In this document: one piece after another, positions 50,090-58,830 of the stretch | How the letters are laid out: every line of letters begins with the position of its first letter | Numbering within the stretch: the stretch's first letter is position 1 | Source of the DNA: a virus | Reading direction: 5' to 3' (one strand) | Length of the DNA stretch: 64,000 bases | Virus record (IMG/VR): IMGVR_UViG_3300035180_001452 | Span: 32,001 to 96,000 of that record | Translations under genes and position numbers: made by a program | Notes under the pieces: generated by a model | Seen by the model: the letters and a program-made list of their open reading frames with translations, nothing else | What the model was told of the DNA's origin: nothing | Database searches by the model: none

Positions 50090-50520
50090 TAGCTAGAGGA
50101 ATCCTTTGGCATGAGATTCTCTGACTTTACATAAGAAGATAGTTTCTTTAAATCATAGTCGCATCTTCTTAAAGTTATTACAGTTATCTCAGTACCCATA
50201 TGAATATCTCTTCTATACTCAGGGTGCATCTTTCTTAAGGAGCGTATAGTATCTCCTTTTGTTTTAAACCCTGGCTTCTGTCTAGCTAGGTCAGTTGGCT
50301 CCAGATCTCCTATGCAGCATTTCTTCACGCTTACTACTTCTGCAATACCAAAGTGTGTGGGGACTTCACCGGGATCTCCTATCGTTATCTGAATAGGTTC
50401 TAGTATAGATACTTGAGGAGCCATAGAGCTAAGACTAAATATAGAGTGGAGGGGCTTCTTCTTAATATCCTCTAGCGAGTTACGAAACCAGTGTATTCTT
50501 TTAATTCTGCTGTTGTTCAT
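50089..50520 (-). CDS. ASCH/PUA-like domain protein
   Basis: AEVVSVKK..IGDL...DLARQ.PG......L..MHP....TEITVI; ATG behind GGAGG. Confidence 0.55.
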   Translation of the reverse strand: MNNSRIKRIHWFRNSLEDIKKKPLHSIFSLSSMAPQVSILEPIQITIGDPGEVPTHFGIAEVVSVKKCCIGDLEPTDLARQKPGFKTKGDTIRSLRKMHPEYRRDIHMGTEITVITLRRCDYDLKKLSSYVKSENLMPKDSSS

Positions 50521-50559
50521 CACTCCCTCCAAAGCCGTGCTTATTATAACCGTGTTTAC

Positions 50560-50627
50560 CGTATTTATTCTAGCCGCATTTATTCTAAATGCGGTAGCCG
50601 CATTTATATTAAATGCGGTAAATACGG
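50560..50627. repeat. Tandem CCGCATTTA-NNN-TAAATGCGG palindromes, 24-bp period
   Basis: Copies at 50574 and 50598, flanked by CCGTATTTA and TAAATACGG. Confidence 0.85.
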
Positions 50628-50722
50628 TTAAAAATAAACACGATAAATAATACAGCTCCTAGCTACACTAACCATATACGGGTAGTGTAGCTAGAAGCTA
50701 GAAGATTGACCTGTGTACGGCC

Positions 50723-51466
50723 TTATTTTACAGTAGGAACTCCACCACTATCTTTAATACAAACACCTGTAGTTATAATTCCTTGAGTATTATTAACAGT
50801 TCCACCTGTAGTTGTAGCAGCTGTAGCCGTATCTACACTAGATGCGGTAGCCGCATCTATAGCGGTATTGGGTGTTTCTATAGTAATCAGACTCTTAATA
50901 TATTCTTGAGCGCATGATAGAGAGCACAGAACCCTTCTCTTCCTCTTATACCCAATAGTTACAGCTTCTTCTATCTTCTTACCACACTGCGCGCACGTGA
51001 TACCAGCAGCTATATCCTTCGCGAGCTTAGCTGACTTTACTTCATCAATCAGTTTAGTACAGCTCCACTTATTATCATGAGCCTTCTTAAGCCATGTTAT
51101 TGGATCTTCTACACTAGCACAAATTCTGTAGTGAGTCCATGTTACCGGTAGATGTCTGATAGCCTCATCCTCAAATGTCTTGGCAACCCATCTATACTGA
51201 AGGAATGTACTTCTCGCTTCTCCAGTCTTAGTAAGGAACTGATCTATGATATCTGACTTACCCTTCTCTTCCTTTTCTTTATTATGTAGATCGGTTATTA
51301 AAGAAGCAATGTCACCTCTAAGCCAGTTATCTTCTACCTCAGCTTTTAGAATAGCAGAATACTGGTTGACATACTCTTCAAGTTCCATTATGCTTCCTTT
51401 CTTGTTTATACTATCCACAGACTCAGTATTTATTCTAAATATAGTGTGTATATAAGATGCGTCCAT
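50723..51466 (-). CDS. LmbU-like HTH DNA-binding protein with C-terminal zinc ribbon
   Basis: NWLRGD, TFLQYRWVAKTF, TWTHYR, WLKKAHDNKWS; CAQC...CSLSC. Alternative start MELEE at 51388. Confidence 0.55.
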   Translation of the reverse strand: MDASYIHTIFRINTESVDSINKKGSIMELEEYVNQYSAILKAEVEDNWLRGDIASLITDLHNKEKEEKGKSDIIDQFLTKTGEARSTFLQYRWVAKTFEDEAIRHLPVTWTHYRICASVEDPITWLKKAHDNKWSCTKLIDEVKSAKLAKDIAAGITCAQCGKKIEEAVTIGYKRKRRVLCSLSCAQEYIKSLITIETPNTAIDAATASSVDTATAATTTGGTVNNTQGIITTGVCIKDSGGVPTVK

Positions 51467-51495
51467 TTGAACTTCCTTATACTTCCATATTTATC

Positions 51496-52122
51496 CTAAA
51501 TACGGGACACTTCTATCTTATTATGGCACAAACTACGTATGTCCCACAAGGCTGATTTAGGAGTCACCCAGCATATGTCTCTTCGGAGTTTAATCCCCGG
51601 TACACTCTCAGCAGCTTCATAATGTTTATTATTGATACTACCTAGTTTTAAGAATTCCTTTACAGGTAACCATCCAAGGAATTTTATGTCTTGGAATGTG
51701 TACCCTTGAATTATTACCGGGTGAGTTTCTGATGGCGATGGGGTCGCATTCATACTAGGTACGGTGGTCTTACAGACTGTAGGTATTACCTGTACAGCTA
51801 CAACTACATCAGAGCTACTAGCATTATCTAAACAATCCTTAGGTATCCAAATGGATTTAGGTAGCGCTACTGATTTAACTATAAGTTTTCTACCGTCAGG
51901 TAGAACCCCGTCCGGTTTAGACCTATCTCCTCTCTTCCCATACAAGTTCCAATCCATAGTAGCGTTTAAATACTTTTGGCAAGCATACTCTGCATAAACC
52001 CCCATTACATGCTTTATTAAAGGTGGCCATCCTCTAGATATGGTCTGGTTAGTTTTTGGTTTATTCCTTTTAATCGCCATATCTACACAGAATTTAATAT
52101 CTTCTTCTGTAAACTCAATCAT
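51496..52122 (-). CDS. PD-(D/E)XK nuclease-fold protein
   Basis: GVYAEYAC...PDGVL.DG...IVKS. Confidence 0.45.
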   Translation of the reverse strand: MIEFTEEDIKFCVDMAIKRNKPKTNQTISRGWPPLIKHVMGVYAEYACQKYLNATMDWNLYGKRGDRSKPDGVLPDGRKLIVKSVALPKSIWIPKDCLDNASSSDVVVAVQVIPTVCKTTVPSMNATPSPSETHPVIIQGYTFQDIKFLGWLPVKEFLKLGSINNKHYEAAESVPGIKLRRDICWVTPKSALWDIRSLCHNKIEVSRI

Positions 52123-52288
52123 TAATATATCCTTGTTTATTACACGGACTAGGTCTTACTAAACTCTACATTATTATGGCACACTCAGATTATCTTGTAT
52201 AGCAGGGTTTAGCATAAATACGGACATAGTTTATCAGGCCAGAAACCAATCCTGCCTCTAGGTACTATATTACCTAGATGATCTAGGG

Positions 52289-52329
52289 GGTGTGTCTCAA
52301 ATTTACCCACGGTAAGTTTGAGATGTGCC
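52289..52329 (+). promoter_or_regulatory. 19-bp leader hairpin at start of the plus-strand array
   Basis: GGTGTGTCTCAAATTTACC-CAC-GGTAAGTTTGAGATGTGCC, fully paired only if five G-U pairs are allowed. Confidence 0.7.
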
Positions 52330-52377
52330 AGCGAGTGCTCTGGGGACATGAGCCCCTGCACTCAGAAAGGTAAGAGA

Positions 52378-52725
52378 ATGTCCAAGGTTAAGGAGTGGTT
52401 GGAGAAGCTTGCGGGGCTTTTGGCCCCAAAGGCGAGGATCGTGGAGAGCACGGCTACCGGTGACGATCAGACCGGCATCGTCACTGTCGCCCTTATCCAG
52501 GGCGATGCGCGCATCGAGATGGCGGTCAGCTATGACCGCCAGAATTTCCGGGTTGGCTTCTCCGTCAAGAAGGCGGAGGGCTACCCGGTCTCTTCTGGAA
52601 GCGTTACCTTCGAGAACAACTGGTACGAGGTTCATCTCGAGAATATTCTCGAGATGAAGTTCAAAAGTGCATCGATGATCCCGTGGGGGATCATCGGGGC
52701 TGAGATCGAGAAGGCTATCAGGTAG
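52378..52725 (+). CDS. Cassette protein, family 1
   Basis: ATG after repeat B and SD; C-terminal SMIPWGIIGAEIEKAIR. Confidence 0.8.
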   Translation: MSKVKEWLEKLAGLLAPKARIVESTATGDDQTGIVTVALIQGDARIEMAVSYDRQNFRVGFSVKKAEGYPVSSGSVTFENNWYEVHLENILEMKFKSASMIPWGIIGAEIEKAIR

Positions 52726-52820
52726 CCTTCTCGATCACCAAGGAGGAGGGGCTAACGCCCCTCCTTCTTGGGCTGAGTGCTTAGGGGACATGAGCCCCTG
52801 CACTCGGAAAGGAAAAGGAA

Positions 52821-53186
52821 ATGGAGTTGAAGATTGAGAAGTTTCTGCGCCTGGTGACGGGGCTTCTCCTGCCCCCCGACACGGTCTGTGTCGAGGAGAC
52901 CGTGCTCGGTACTGACGAGTCGGGCATCGTGGGGTACATGTTCCAGATTGGCGAGGTCAACCTGGACGTTGCACTCACGAACAACCGGGACGAGTGGACG
53001 TTCACCCTTGATACTATCAAGGGAGGTCGGAAGATCCTGATGGTCACCGTCTTGTACCAGCACGCGTGGTACAGCATGTCTATCCGGGCCAAGGACGTGG
53101 AGACGACCCGGAAGTTCCGGGATGCCTCGAGCATTCCCTGGGACGAGGTCGGGAAGGAGATCGGCAAGGCCCTCTCTGACATCTAG
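52821..53186 (+). CDS. Cassette protein, family 1
   Basis: RKFRDASSIPWDEVGKEIGKAL; paralog of 55329. Confidence 0.82.
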   Translation: MELKIEKFLRLVTGLLLPPDTVCVEETVLGTDESGIVGYMFQIGEVNLDVALTNNRDEWTFTLDTIKGGRKILMVTVLYQHAWYSMSIRAKDVETTRKFRDASSIPWDEVGKEIGKALSDI

Positions 53187-53279
53187 AGAGGGCCTGGGCC
53201 TAAGGAGGAGGGGCTAACGCCCCTCCTTCTTGGGCTGAGCCAGAAGAATGTACCTCTGGCTTGGGAGGAGGTGAATAAA

Positions 53280-53417
53280 ATGGTGGGCCTCGTTGTGGTG
53301 GTAGTAGTTGTGGCGGGCCTGGTTAAGCTCCTCGAGTCGGTTCGTGAGGAGCAAAACCGTGCCCTCACCTTCTCCTTTATGGAGATCATGAAGGAGGAGA
53401 AGGAGGAGGAGAAGTAA
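53280..53417 (+). CDS. 45-aa membrane peptide (not in ORF track)
   Basis: SD GGAGGTGA; MVGLVVVVVVVAGLVKLL...MKEEKEEEK. Confidence 0.75.
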   Translation: MVGLVVVVVVVAGLVKLLESVREEQNRALTFSFMEIMKEEKEEEK

Positions 53418-53514
53418 TTCTCCTCCTCCAGCCTAAGGAGGAGGGGCTAACGCCCCTCCTTCTTGGGCTGAGTGTTTAGAGGACATGAGCCTCTGCACTC
53501 AGAAAGGTAGGAAG

Positions 53515-53982
53515 ATGAAGCCTAGCAAGAAGATCCTTGCTGGGTTCCAGGTCCTCTTTGGATCTGGGATCCAGCAGGGGGTGACCCCAGAAGTTTGGGT
53601 CACTACCAGCAAGCGGACTTTTAAGATGGTCCGCTGTGACATCGGAACCCCCGTTGTGGGGGTCATCACCCGCAGCGGCTGGCAGGTTGCCGCTATCCAG
53701 TCCGAGGAGAAGTATGTCTGGCTCGCTCCTGGCGAGAGCGAGCCAAGGATCGGGTCTCTCGTCAAGCTCCTTCAGGAGTTCTTGAAGGATAAGGGTGATG
53801 GCGTGTTCGACATCATCCTTGCCTTCAAGAAGGAGGTCGAGGAGACCAAGGCTAGCAAGAAGGATGATGAGACCTTTATCGACCTGCTTTATAAGCAGGC
53901 CGAGATGGTCTCCTCAACCATCTCGAGCACGTACTCCAGCGTGGTGGAGTACGTTACCAACATCCCCAAGATTTTCTCGTAG
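53515..53982 (+). CDS. Cassette protein, family 2
   Basis: LAGFQVLFG...GW...VWLAP.ESEP; paralog of 56946 and 58831. Confidence 0.82.
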   Translation: MKPSKKILAGFQVLFGSGIQQGVTPEVWVTTSKRTFKMVRCDIGTPVVGVITRSGWQVAAIQSEEKYVWLAPGESEPRIGSLVKLLQEFLKDKGDGVFDIILAFKKEVEETKASKKDDETFIDLLYKQAEMVSSTISSTYSSVVEYVTNIPKIFS

Positions 53983-54067
53983 GGGATGTTGGTAGCCTGA
54001 GGAGGAGGGGCTAACGCCCCTCCTTCTTAGGCTGAGTGTTTAGAGGACACGAGCCTCTGCACTCAGA

Positions 54068-54205
54068 AAGGCAGTGCAATGACTTGACTGCCTTGGATCG
54101 CTGATCGCTAGGCTAGTTAATGCTTTAGGGGCAGTATTAACTAGCTAGAGTGCAGCCTTGGTATTAAAGTGTGGCTGCAATAGGGCTAACGCCCTTCCTT
54201 TTTAT
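54068..54205 (+). ncRNA. Element C copy 1: ~140-nt structured non-coding unit (ncRNA or promoter module)
   Basis: Stems AAGGCAGT/ACTGCCTT, CTAGTTAATGCT/AGTATTAACTAG, TGCAGCC/GGCTGCA and AGGGC-TAAC-GCCCT, then TCCTTTTT. Confidence 0.55.
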
Positions 54206-54255
54206 GCTGAGTGCTTAGAGGACATGAGCCTCTGCACTCAGAAAGGAAGAAGAAG

Positions 54256-54666
54256 ATGAAGTTGTTGATCCGGCTGTTCACGATGTATCTTGACTTCCTC
54301 CTTAAGAATTCAATGGAGGTAGTTAAGATGGAGGTAGTGGGCGGTAGCTTTGACATCGATTCCGTTCAGGATGGTGTCAGGCTCTCTGTTTCTGCAAAGC
54401 TTACCCAGGAAGGTATGCTTTTGCAGTATGTGTTGGGTTTTAAGGAAAGATACCTAGTAACGACACGTTTGGCAGGTAATAGTGGATATGGACATAAGTC
54501 AATGGTGGCAAGGAAGCCACATGAGAAGAGAAAGATCCGTCTGGAGAGTCGGCTCCTCCAGACGGAGGATGAGGTCGTTCGGTTCCTCCAGCCAGGGGGA
54601 ACCGATGAGGTTTCCGTTGAGGATGCTATGAAGATTCATAGCATCCTTATCTGGCTGGATGAGTAG
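54256..54666 (+). CDS. Cassette protein, family 3
   Basis: MKLLIRLF...LQTEDEVVRFLQP; paralog of 56422. Confidence 0.82.
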   Translation: MKLLIRLFTMYLDFLLKNSMEVVKMEVVGGSFDIDSVQDGVRLSVSAKLTQEGMLLQYVLGFKERYLVTTRLAGNSGYGHKSMVARKPHEKRKIRLESRLLQTEDEVVRFLQPGGTDEVSVEDAMKIHSILIWLDE

Positions 54667-54763
54667 TTTCGACCAGCCAGCTTGAGAGGGAGGGGCTAAC
54701 GCCCCTCCTTCTTGGGCTGAGCACTCTGGGGACATGAGCCCCTGTGCTTGAAAGGAGACAGCG

Positions 54764-55183
54764 ATGCTATATGCTATCGCTGAGGCGTACCGAAGCATCT
54801 TCGGTGCGCCCGTCCACGAGACAATCGTGGACGGTATCCTCCACCAGGCTTTTCTGGTGGGGGATGGTGTGGTGGAGCTTTCGTTCCACCATACCATGGA
54901 CAAGATGATGATGTCTATGGTCTTGTCCATTGTTCCGGCCTCGGTCGAGGTCGGATATGATGTTATCCTCAAGGACAACATCGTGACTTTCCGTCTTGCC
55001 CTTTCCAAGGGCGAGCTTGACTCTGAGGAAGTTGCGCTTAGCGCGCAGCTTCCTTGTGGGGTGCACCCCATCAAGGTGTTCCTTCCTGGGAAGGAGGGAC
55101 CTGTTCCCTCCTTCCTCAACCTCAGTGAGGAGCAGCACATGCTCCTCAAGGAGTGGACTAAGAAGTTGATGGGGAGCATGTAG
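54764..55183 (+). CDS. Cassette protein, singleton
   Basis: SD AAGGAG after a B variant. Confidence 0.78.
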   Translation: MLYAIAEAYRSIFGAPVHETIVDGILHQAFLVGDGVVELSFHHTMDKMMMSMVLSIVPASVEVGYDVILKDNIVTFRLALSKGELDSEEVALSAQLPCGVHPIKVFLPGKEGPVPSFLNLSEEQHMLLKEWTKKLMGSM

Positions 55184-55328
55184 TGGTTTTGTATTACCGG
55201 GAAATGAGCTCACATCCCGGTAATACAGACGTAGCTAACTACTAGACTAAGGAGGAGGGGCTAACGCCCCTCCTTCTTGGTCTGAGTGCTTAGGGGACAT
55301 GAGCCCCTGCACTTGGAAGGAGAAGGAA

Positions 55329-55649
55329 ATGGAGTTGAATATCGAGCAGATGATGTACAATCTGATTGCGGCCCTGCTTCCCGGAAACATTTCCGGGATC
55401 GATCGGACGCTCCAGATCAATGTCAAGACCATTGATTTGGCGCTCGGAGAGTTCGGTCTCGAGGGGATGCTTACTCTGGAAATCGTTGAGAATGACAACA
55501 AGCTCGTTAAGGTTGTTATTCGATACGAGGAGGGTGAGTACACTCTTGGCATCCGGACCAAGGAGATGCATACGATCCGGAAGTTCCGGGATATCTCGGT
55601 GATCCCCTGGAACACCATCACGGATGAGATCGAGGAGGCTATCAAGTAG
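55329..55649 (+). CDS. Cassette protein, family 1
   Basis: RKFRDISVIPWNTITDEIEEAIK. Confidence 0.82.
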   Translation: MELNIEQMMYNLIAALLPGNISGIDRTLQINVKTIDLALGEFGLEGMLTLEIVENDNKLVKVVIRYEEGEYTLGIRTKEMHTIRKFRDISVIPWNTITDEIEEAIK

Positions 55650-55741
55650 CCTTCTCGACCCCTAAGGAGGAGGGGCTAACGCCCCTCCTTCTTGGGCTGA
55701 GCCAGAAGAATGTATCTCTGGCTGGAGAGGAGGTGAATAAG

Positions 55742-55900
55742 ATGGATGTTCTCGCTGCTCTTCTGTCAGTCGTGGTTTTCGTAGCAGTAATGCTACGAGT
55801 ACTCGGCTGTGCTCAGGAGGAGCATAAGCGGGTGATTACCAGCTCCTTCATCGAGGTTTGCAAGGCGATGAGGGAGGCGGAGGAGGCGGAGGAGAAATAA
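55742..55900 (+). CDS. 52-aa membrane peptide (not in ORF track), paralog of 53280
   Basis: SD GGAGGTGA; MDVLAALLSVVVFVAVML...EAEEK. Confidence 0.75.
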   Translation: MDVLAALLSVVVFVAVMLRVLGCAQEEHKRVITSSFIEVCKAMREAEEAEEK

Positions 55901-55991
55901 TCTCCTCTAGCCTGAGGAGGAGGGGCTAACGCCCCTCCTTCTTGGGCTGAGCCAGAAGAATGTACCTCTGGCTGGAGAGGAGGTGAATAAG

Positions 55992-56147
55992 ATGACCGTC
56001 AAGATTTTCGATGGCTTTAATGCCGTGGTCGATGATGATGGCACCATCATCGGGTTCTATACGGACCCGGGTGTTCTCATCGACCTTTGCCTTGACGAGG
56101 CTAATAATATTATTGGCTTCGTCAAGGCCAAGGAGGAGGAGAAGTAA
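55992..56147 (+). CDS. 51-aa acidic peptide (not in ORF track)
   Basis: SD GGAGGTGA; MTVKIFDGFNAVVDDDG...KAKEEEK. Confidence 0.72.
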   Translation: MTVKIFDGFNAVVDDDGTIIGFYTDPGVLIDLCLDEANNIIGFVKAKEEEK

Positions 56148-56233
56148 TTCTCCTCCTCCAGCCTGAGGAGGAGGGGCTAACGCCCCTCCTTCTTGGGCTG
56201 AGTGTTTAGAGGACACGAGCCTCTGCACTCAGA

Positions 56234-56371
56234 AAGGCAGTGCAATGACTTGACTGCCTTGGATTGCTAGTTGCCAAGCTAGTTAATGCTAAGGGGCTAG
56301 TATTAACTAGCTTGAGTGCAGCCCTAGTACTAACGTGTGGCTGCAATAGGGCTAACGCCCTTCCTTTTTAT
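56234..56371 (+). ncRNA. Element C copy 2
   Basis: Same four stems; outer pair changed to CAAGCTAG/CTAGCTTG. Confidence 0.55.
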
Positions 56372-56421
56372 ACTGAGTGCTTAGAGGACATGAGCCTCTG
56401 CACTCAGAAAGGAAGAAGAAG

Positions 56422-56847
56422 ATGAAGCTGTTGGTCCGGCTGTTCGTGATGTACTTGGATTTTCTCCGCAGCGGCTTCGCGGAGGTTACCAAGCTTGAAG
56501 CTGGTGAGGAGGGCTTCAAGCTCGAGGCGGTGGATGCTTACGGAGGGATTGTTCTTACGACCTCTTTTGAGGTCGTTCCGACAGGGGTTGTCCTTCAGTA
56601 TGTTCTTCTTTACGAATCGCGCAACTATCTCATAACAACGCGATTCGTTGGGAATGACGGATGGTCGTTCAAGTCAATGACGGCAACAAAGTCAAATCCG
56701 TCTGAGACTAGAAAGATCCGTCTAGAGACTCGCACCCTCCAGACGGAGGATGAGGTCGTTCGGTTCCTTCAACCAGAAGGGACCGATGAGGTTTCTGTCG
56801 AGGATGCTATGAAGATTCATAGCATTCTCGCGTGGCTGGTCGAGTAG
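56422..56847 (+). CDS. Cassette protein, family 3
   Basis: Paralog of 54256. Confidence 0.82.
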   Translation: MKLLVRLFVMYLDFLRSGFAEVTKLEAGEEGFKLEAVDAYGGIVLTTSFEVVPTGVVLQYVLLYESRNYLITTRFVGNDGWSFKSMTATKSNPSETRKIRLETRTLQTEDEVVRFLQPEGTDEVSVEDAMKIHSILAWLVE

Positions 56848-56945
56848 TTTCGACCAGCCAGCCTAAGGAGGAGGGGCTAACGCCCCTCCTTCTTGGGCTG
56901 AGTGTTTAGAGGACATGAGCCTCTGCACTCAGAAAGGGGAGGCAT

Positions 56946-57398
56946 ATGACGCCTCGCGAGAAGTACCTCGCGGGGTTCCAGGTCCTCTTTGGACCTGGAA
57001 TTCCACGGGGTGTCACCCCCGAGGTCCGCATTGCCGTTGGTAAGCGGACCAGCACGATGGTGCGATGCACCATCGGGACCCCCATTGTGGGGGTCATCGT
57101 CCGCGAGGGCTGGATGGTCGCAAAGATCCAGCCTGAGGAGAAGTATGTCTGGCTCGCTCCTAATGAGAGCGAGCCAAGCGTTGGTTCTCTCACTCAGCTC
57201 CTTCAGGGGTTCCTGAAGGACAAGGGGTGCGTGTTCGATCTCCTTCTTGAGTTCAAGAAGGAGATCGAGGAGTCCAAGGAGGATGTCACCTTCCTTGACT
57301 TGATGTACAAGCAGCTCGAGATGGTTGGTGATACCATCTCGAGCACGTACTCCACTATGCTGGAGTACGTTACCAACATCCCCAAGATTTTCTCGTAG
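56946..57398 (+). CDS. Cassette protein, family 2
   Basis: Paralog of 53515; SD GGGGAGG. Confidence 0.82.
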   Translation: MTPREKYLAGFQVLFGPGIPRGVTPEVRIAVGKRTSTMVRCTIGTPIVGVIVREGWMVAKIQPEEKYVWLAPNESEPSVGSLTQLLQGFLKDKGCVFDLLLEFKKEIEESKEDVTFLDLMYKQLEMVGDTISSTYSTMLEYVTNIPKIFS

Positions 57399-57524
57399 GG
57401 GATGTTGGTAGCCTGAGGAGGAGGGGCTAACGCCCCTCCTTCTTGGGCTGAGGAGATATTAGTATCTCCTCTTATTACTTTGGTATTACCGGGAATGTGA
57501 GACACTCTCCGGTAATAAGAAAGG

Positions 57525-57660
57525 AGTGGTAGAATGACTTGACTACCTAGTGACATCCGTAGCTAGGCTAGTTAATGCTAGGGGGCTAGTATTAACTAGC
57601 CAGAATGCAGCCCTAGTATTAACGTGTGGCTGCAATAGGGCTAACGCCCTTCCTTTTTAT
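57525..57660 (+). ncRNA. Element C copy 3 (first stem diverged)
   Basis: ATGACTTGACT...CTAGTTAATGCTA/TAGTATTAACTAG...GTGTGGCTGCAATAGGGCTAACGCCCTTCCTTTTT. Confidence 0.5.
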
Positions 57661-57710
57661 ACTGAGTGTTTAGAGGACATGAGCCTCTGCACTCAGAAAG
57701 GCAGGAGAAG

Positions 57711-58079
57711 ATGAAGTTTGACGTTGTGGAAATGCTGGCATGGTTTGCCAGCATGTTGGGCGTATCCGCTGATACGTCCAACATCGAGACCGGGATCTCT
57801 TCTCGGTCTAAGTATGCCTCCATCGATAAGACTATCGATGGGATTGCCTTCTCAATGAAGGCATCAGTGGCTCTGGACGGAGAGTGGTGTATTCTCGGCA
57901 TGGTGGCCGAGAACAAGGAGGGTAGCTGTGCTACCCTCTCGGTCTGTGTCGACCGTGACGTTACGGTCGGGATGGAGGATGGCAATGGTGTTTACACCGT
58001 TGCCATCTACGAGTCGGCTGCTGATGTTCCGTGGGAGGATATCAGCGACAAGGCTAACAAGGTCATCTCTAGCCTGTAG
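57711..58079 (+). CDS. Cassette protein, family 1-related
   Basis: MKFDVVEMLAWFA...ADVPWEDISDKANKVI. Confidence 0.8.
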   Translation: MKFDVVEMLAWFASMLGVSADTSNIETGISSRSKYASIDKTIDGIAFSMKASVALDGEWCILGMVAENKEGSCATLSVCVDRDVTVGMEDGNGVYTVAIYESAADVPWEDISDKANKVISSL

Positions 58080-58176
58080 AGGTGGCTTTGGCCTGAGGAG
58101 GAGGGGCTAACGCCCCTCCTTCTTAGGCTGAGTGTTTAGAGGACATGAGCCTCTGCACTCAGAAAGGCAGGAGAAG

Positions 58177-58560
58177 ATGATGTTTGATGTTGTGGAGATG
58201 CTGGCATGGTTTGCTGGCATTCTCCTGCCTGACGCGTACTACCGCGCGTCAGGCGTGGCAACCGGTAAGTCTGATGATTCTTGCTACGCTGAGACTGGTT
58301 ATCTCAGCAGCAAGAATAGCGGACTTGCGATCGGTGTGAAGTGCACCTCCTCGTTCGACAATAGCTGGTGGATTCTCGGCTTGGTAGCCGAGAATCTGGA
58401 TGGGGAGTTCTTCACGCTGTCCCTGTCATTTGACAGGGGGACTGTCACGTACTCGGTGGAGGATAAGGGGCTTTATTCCTCCTATGAGTATGACAACATC
58501 ACTGATGTTCAGTGGGATGTTGTCATTAATGAGACCATTAAGGCCCTCTCTAGGATGTAG
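58177..58560 (+). CDS. Cassette protein, family 1-related
   Basis: MMFDVVEMLAWFA...TDVQWDVVINETIKAL; tandem paralog of 57711. Confidence 0.8.
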   Translation: MMFDVVEMLAWFAGILLPDAYYRASGVATGKSDDSCYAETGYLSSKNSGLAIGVKCTSSFDNSWWILGLVAENLDGEFFTLSLSFDRGTVTYSVEDKGLYSSYEYDNITDVQWDVVINETIKALSRM

Positions 58561-58644
58561 AGAGGGCCTGAGCCTGAGGAGGAGGGGCTAACGCCCCTCC
58601 TTCTTGGGCTGAGTGTTTAGAGGACATGAGCCTCTGCACTCAAG

Positions 58645-58782
58645 GAGGCAGTGCAATGACTTGACTGCCTTGGATTGCTAGTTGTTAAGCTAGTTAATAC
58701 TTTAGGGGCAGTATTAACTAGCTAGAATGCGGTTCTAGTGTTAAAGTGTGGCTGCAATAGGGCTAACGCCCTTCCTTTTTAT
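58645..58782 (+). ncRNA. Element C copy 4
   Basis: Same architecture; third stem TGCGGTT/GGCTGCA retained through G-U pairs. Confidence 0.5.
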
Positions 58783-58830
58783 ACTGAGCATTCTGGGGAC
58801 ATGAGCCCCTGTGCTTGAAAGGGGAGGCAT

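Noticed and set aside
347-51997. Plus-strand ORFs over the morphogenesis region and minus-strand ORFs over the array
   Set aside because: Antisense shadows of real genes, Ser/Leu-rich and without SD sites.
1-52122. Stop-codon reassignment suggested by abundant TAG
   Set aside because: Genes are long and dense in the standard code and several end in TAG. The plus-strand TAGs are largely minus-strand CTA Leu codons.
53468-53507. Hammerhead or twister ribozyme in repeat B (CTGA...GAAA; GACATGAGCC loop)
   Set aside because: The core reads CUGAGUG, not CUGANGA, CTGAG pairs with CTCAG, and twister pseudoknot partners are absent.
54109-54180. Pistol ribozyme in element C (TTAGGGGC loop with downstream GCCYT)
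   Set aside because: Superficial resemblance only. The A-rich linker and conserved cleavage-site junction could not be placed. Left as a test, not a call.
54256-56847. Diversity-generating retroelement TR/VR pair
   Set aside because: Differences between paralogs are not adenine-specific and no RT is present.
52318-58177. ORF-track starts inside repeats (MSLCTQK, MLRGHEPLHSER, MFRGHEP)
   Set aside because: They arise from repeat B. The loop ATG is 30-32 nt from the SD-led start in the copies checked, so it is not consistently in frame.
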